A stretch of DNA of 35,169 nt, taken from contig JAUYPT010000078.1 of assembly GCA_030695685.1 (NCBI GenBank), forward strand, positions 1-35,169, in the 5' to 3' direction. Shown here piece by piece: positions 32,973 to 35,169 of this stretch. How positions within the stretch are numbered: the stretch's first letter is position 1; each line of letters opens with the position of its first letter. The position numbers were made by a program, and so were the translations under genes. This stretch comes from Nanobdellota archaeon. Lineage in GTDB: Archaea > Nanobdellota > Nanobdellia > Woesearchaeales > GW2011-AR9. The notes under the pieces were generated by a model that saw only the letters and a list, made by a program, of their open reading frames with translations, did not search any database and was not told the DNA's origin.

Positions 32973-33690
32973 GTAAGTTTTGAAGAGTGCTAGAGTCTAT
33001 GAATCGTCCTTTTTGAAAGAATACTCGCTCAAAAAGATTATTAATCGTCTTCTCATAAGCAATAAGAGAGCTTTGACTTCCTTCGAACAATGACCGCTCA
33101 AATTTAAAATTATGGTTATTCATTGAATTCCTGCCAGAATTGCCAAAACTATAATTCCTGTTAACAAAAAAATCAGCGTCGATGGATTTTGTATCGTTCC
33201 CTACTCTGAATAAAGCTGTTCCCCTAATAGCAGAATTTACAGCTTCAATATTATAACCAAAACCGACGCTTTCAATTTTTCCTGACTCCAAAACAGAATG
33301 AGTCGCAAAAAGATGTACTTTGATATTAGTAACTAATTCATGCTTTTTTTTTGATATGGAGCAAGTAATCTTATTTCCAGAGCCATCACGAGAAGCAGTG
33401 ATGGAATCGAGATAAAAACCTGAATCTAGATAACGATAGGTCCCAAAATTTAATGGTACCTTCCCTGTCGAACTTCTCCGCAGTTCTTCAGGGATGTAAA
33501 TATCGCCATTGTGATAATGCGGCAACACCACAGGCAAACCAGCTATAGTCTTATGAATTTTATATGAATCTGGATGTTTATTATCAAATCCTAGCCATTC
33601 CAAAAAAGTCAGCCGCCGAAGAGGAAGTGATAATTGTTCGCCTTGATTTAACTGATAATTAAACGTTACCAAATCTTCCAAGATAGACAT
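32917..33690 (-). CDS. Hypothetical protein (orphan, AT-rich)
   Basis: Long ORF. I prefer the start at MSILEDL (33690) because a TATA-like TATTTATAATATTTA sits 21-35 nt upstream. The ORF start at 33753 is an alternative. The 3' end overlaps the convergent AK6 gene by 56 nt. Confidence 0.5.
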   Translation of the reverse strand: MSILEDLVTFNYQLNQGEQLSLPLRRLTFLEWLGFDNKHPDSYKIHKTIAGLPVVLPHYHNGDIYIPEELRRSSTGKVPLNFGTYRYLDSGFYLDSITASRDGSGNKITCSISKKKHELVTNIKVHLFATHSVLESGKIESVGFGYNIEAVNSAIRGTALFRVGNDTKSIDADFFVNRNYSFGNSGRNSMNNHNFKFERSLFEGSQSSLIAYEKTINNLFERVFFQKGRFIDSSTLQNLLNLTYVSFQDSSAQAKFA

Positions 33691-33758
33691 GAGCGGTTTG
33701 AATTCTAGCTTATTTATAATATTTATGAAAGTTGAAATGAAAATATCCCTCACAAATC

Positions 33759-33766
33759 TTTATAAA
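33759..33766 (+). promoter_or_regulatory. TATA-like box (palindromic TTTATAAA) for aRF1
   Basis: It ends 23 nt before the ATG at 33789. Confidence 0.45.
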
Positions 33767-33788
33767 TTAATTCCGATTGTTCTCTTCT

Positions 33789-34889
33789 ATGACTTTAACA
33801 GCACAGCAAAAATTGTACTTAAAAAAAACGATTCGGGAATTAAAAGGCTTTCGCGCCGGCCATACAGAATTTGTCAGCGTTTATGTCCCGAAAGGATACG
33901 ATCTAACGAAAGTCATCAATCATCTTGCTGAAGAGCAGGGAACAGCTGCCAACATTAAATCAGCATCGACCCGGAAAAATGTGCAGTCGGCATTAGAAAG
34001 AATGATCCAGCACCTGCGCACGGTTACGCGAACACCGGAAAATGGCCTCGCTGCGTTTTCAGGGAATGTTGCTTCGATGGAAGGAAAACAAGATCTGCGA
34101 GTTTGGAGCATCGAGCCTCCTGTCCCATTAAACATCCGCATTTATCGCTGTGACAAAAATTTTGTGGTTGACATCCTGGAAGATATGCTTTCAGAACACC
34201 AAGTTTATGGCCTGGTCGTGTTAGACCGCAGGGATGCCATTCTTGCCTTACTGAAAGGAAAAACGATTGTACCGCTTCAAAAAACGCATTCTGAAGTGCC
34301 GGGGAAATTTAAAGCCGGGGGACAAAGTGCTCAGAGATTCGCACGAATACGGGAAGGTGCATATAAAGACCATTTCAAAAAAATATCAGATTACATGAAA
34401 GACCAATTCCTGCCGCTGGGAATTAATCTTAAAGGCATTATTATCGGCGGTCCTGGAACGACTGTCCAGGATTTCTTAAACAAGGATTACATTACGGGCG
34501 ATATCAAAAAGAAAATTATTGGAACGAGAGACCTTTCTTACACCGATGAATTTGGATTGCAGGAACTTCTGGATAAATCGCAGGATTTGCTGGCAGAAGA
34601 AGAAATTGCCATCGAAAAAAAGGCGATGCAGCAGTTTTTCACCAAGATGATGGAGAACCCTAAAAAAGTAACTTATGGAGAAACAGAAACTCTCAAAGCG
34701 CTGGAGATGAATGCCGTAGACGTTTTACTGCTTTCAGAAATTATGTCTGAAGATAAAATTTTCGAGCTGGAAGACAAAGCAAAACAGGGCGGCTCAACTG
34801 TTAAAATCATTTCATTGGAAACACGGGAAGGCGTGCAGCTGCGGGATTTAGGCGGCATTGCAGCTATCTTACGGTTTGAGATAGAGTAA
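33789..34889 (+). CDS. prf1: Peptide chain release factor aRF1
   Basis: NIKS motif (TAANIKSASTRKNV) and GGQ motif (KAGGQSAQRFARIRE). The track start at 33777 is a TTG, so I prefer ATG 33789. Confidence 0.93.
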   Translation: MTLTAQQKLYLKKTIRELKGFRAGHTEFVSVYVPKGYDLTKVINHLAEEQGTAANIKSASTRKNVQSALERMIQHLRTVTRTPENGLAAFSGNVASMEGKQDLRVWSIEPPVPLNIRIYRCDKNFVVDILEDMLSEHQVYGLVVLDRRDAILALLKGKTIVPLQKTHSEVPGKFKAGGQSAQRFARIREGAYKDHFKKISDYMKDQFLPLGINLKGIIIGGPGTTVQDFLNKDYITGDIKKKIIGTRDLSYTDEFGLQELLDKSQDLLAEEEIAIEKKAMQQFFTKMMENPKKVTYGETETLKALEMNAVDVLLLSEIMSEDKIFELEDKAKQGGSTVKIISLETREGVQLRDLGGIAAILRFEIE

Positions 34890-34948
34890 TTTTAGGATAG
34901 ACATTCTCAACGAAATGATTATAAAATAGATACAGCGTAGAGCAAAGA

Positions 34949-35169
34949 ATGGATCTCATCCAAGAATCATTCCAACGATTATTTCCGGAACAAGAATTCC
35001 GCTATAAAACAGCGATGGAATATAACAGAAGACTTTCTCATTTTAATGCCAACGTCAAATTGGAATACAACACGCTCTCTGTCAATCTTAACCTGCAGTG
35101 GAAAGATATTGATGATGAAATTAAGATCGGGTTGATACAGCATTTGTTGTTAAAAATATTGAAACAGAA
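34949..35169 (+). CDS. Hypothetical protein (N-terminal part; open to the window end)
   Basis: My own translation gives MDLIQESFQRLFPEQEFRYKTAMEYNRRLSHFNANVKLEYNTLSVNLNLQWKDIDDEIKIGLIQHLLLKILKQ. TATA-like TTATAAAA (34919-34926) ends 23 nt upstream. No family assigned. Confidence 0.45.
   Translation, partial: MDLIQESFQRLFPEQEFRYKTAMEYNRRLSHFNANVKLEYNTLSVNLNLQWKDIDDEIKIGLIQHLLLKILKQ

Noticed and set aside
1-35169. Search for CRISPR arrays, tandem repeats, transposase or integrase genes, tRNA and rRNA genes.
   Set aside because: By eye I saw no regularly spaced direct repeats, no recombinase-like ORFs, and no cloverleaf-compatible sequences in the intergenic regions. A computational scan (tRNAscan-SE, CRISPR finders) would be needed to exclude them formally.

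Overview
Archaeal chromosomal segment, moderately AT-rich. Positions 1-8773 on the minus strand hold the archaeal ribosomal-protein superoperon in canonical order: uL3-uL4-uL23-[extra ORF]-uL2-uS19-uL22-uS3-uL29-SUI1-Rpp29-uS17-uL14-uL24-eS4-uL5-uS14-uS8. The rest carries archaeal housekeeping genes: Nop5-fibrillarin, RFC small subunit, an RNase P RNA gene, Sec61beta-NAC, MinD, SecF-SecD, an ABC-2 exporter, AK6/Fap7 and aRF1. Between them sit lineage-specific hypothetical genes, several of them predicted lipoproteins. Many genes have an A/T-rich TATA-like box ending about 22-25 nt before the start codon, which suggests mostly leaderless transcripts. The compact genes and many orphan ORFs fit a small-genome uncultured archaeon, possibly DPANN-like, but that is inference only. 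No tRNA, rRNA, CRISPR array or obvious IS/transposase gene was found. The observations most worth a second look are listed here.
1. An AT-rich two-gene cassette (28554-29655) pairs a SpoIIAB/RsbW-like GHKL ATPase with a STAS-like (DUF4325-type) protein, a bacterial partner-switching architecture in an organism without sigma factors.
2. An orphan 122-aa gene is wedged between uL23 and uL2.
3. The RNase P RNA carries three AT-rich hairpin insertions.
4. A 150-nt GC-richer element closed by a 14+4 bp helix lies between two paralogous genes (MITE or structured RNA).
5. A truncated relic of a diphthine-synthase-like N-terminus is present.
6. A GC-rich, frameshifted S51/cyanophycinase-like peptidase gene is present.
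7. Palindromic TATA boxes appear to be shared by divergent gene pairs.
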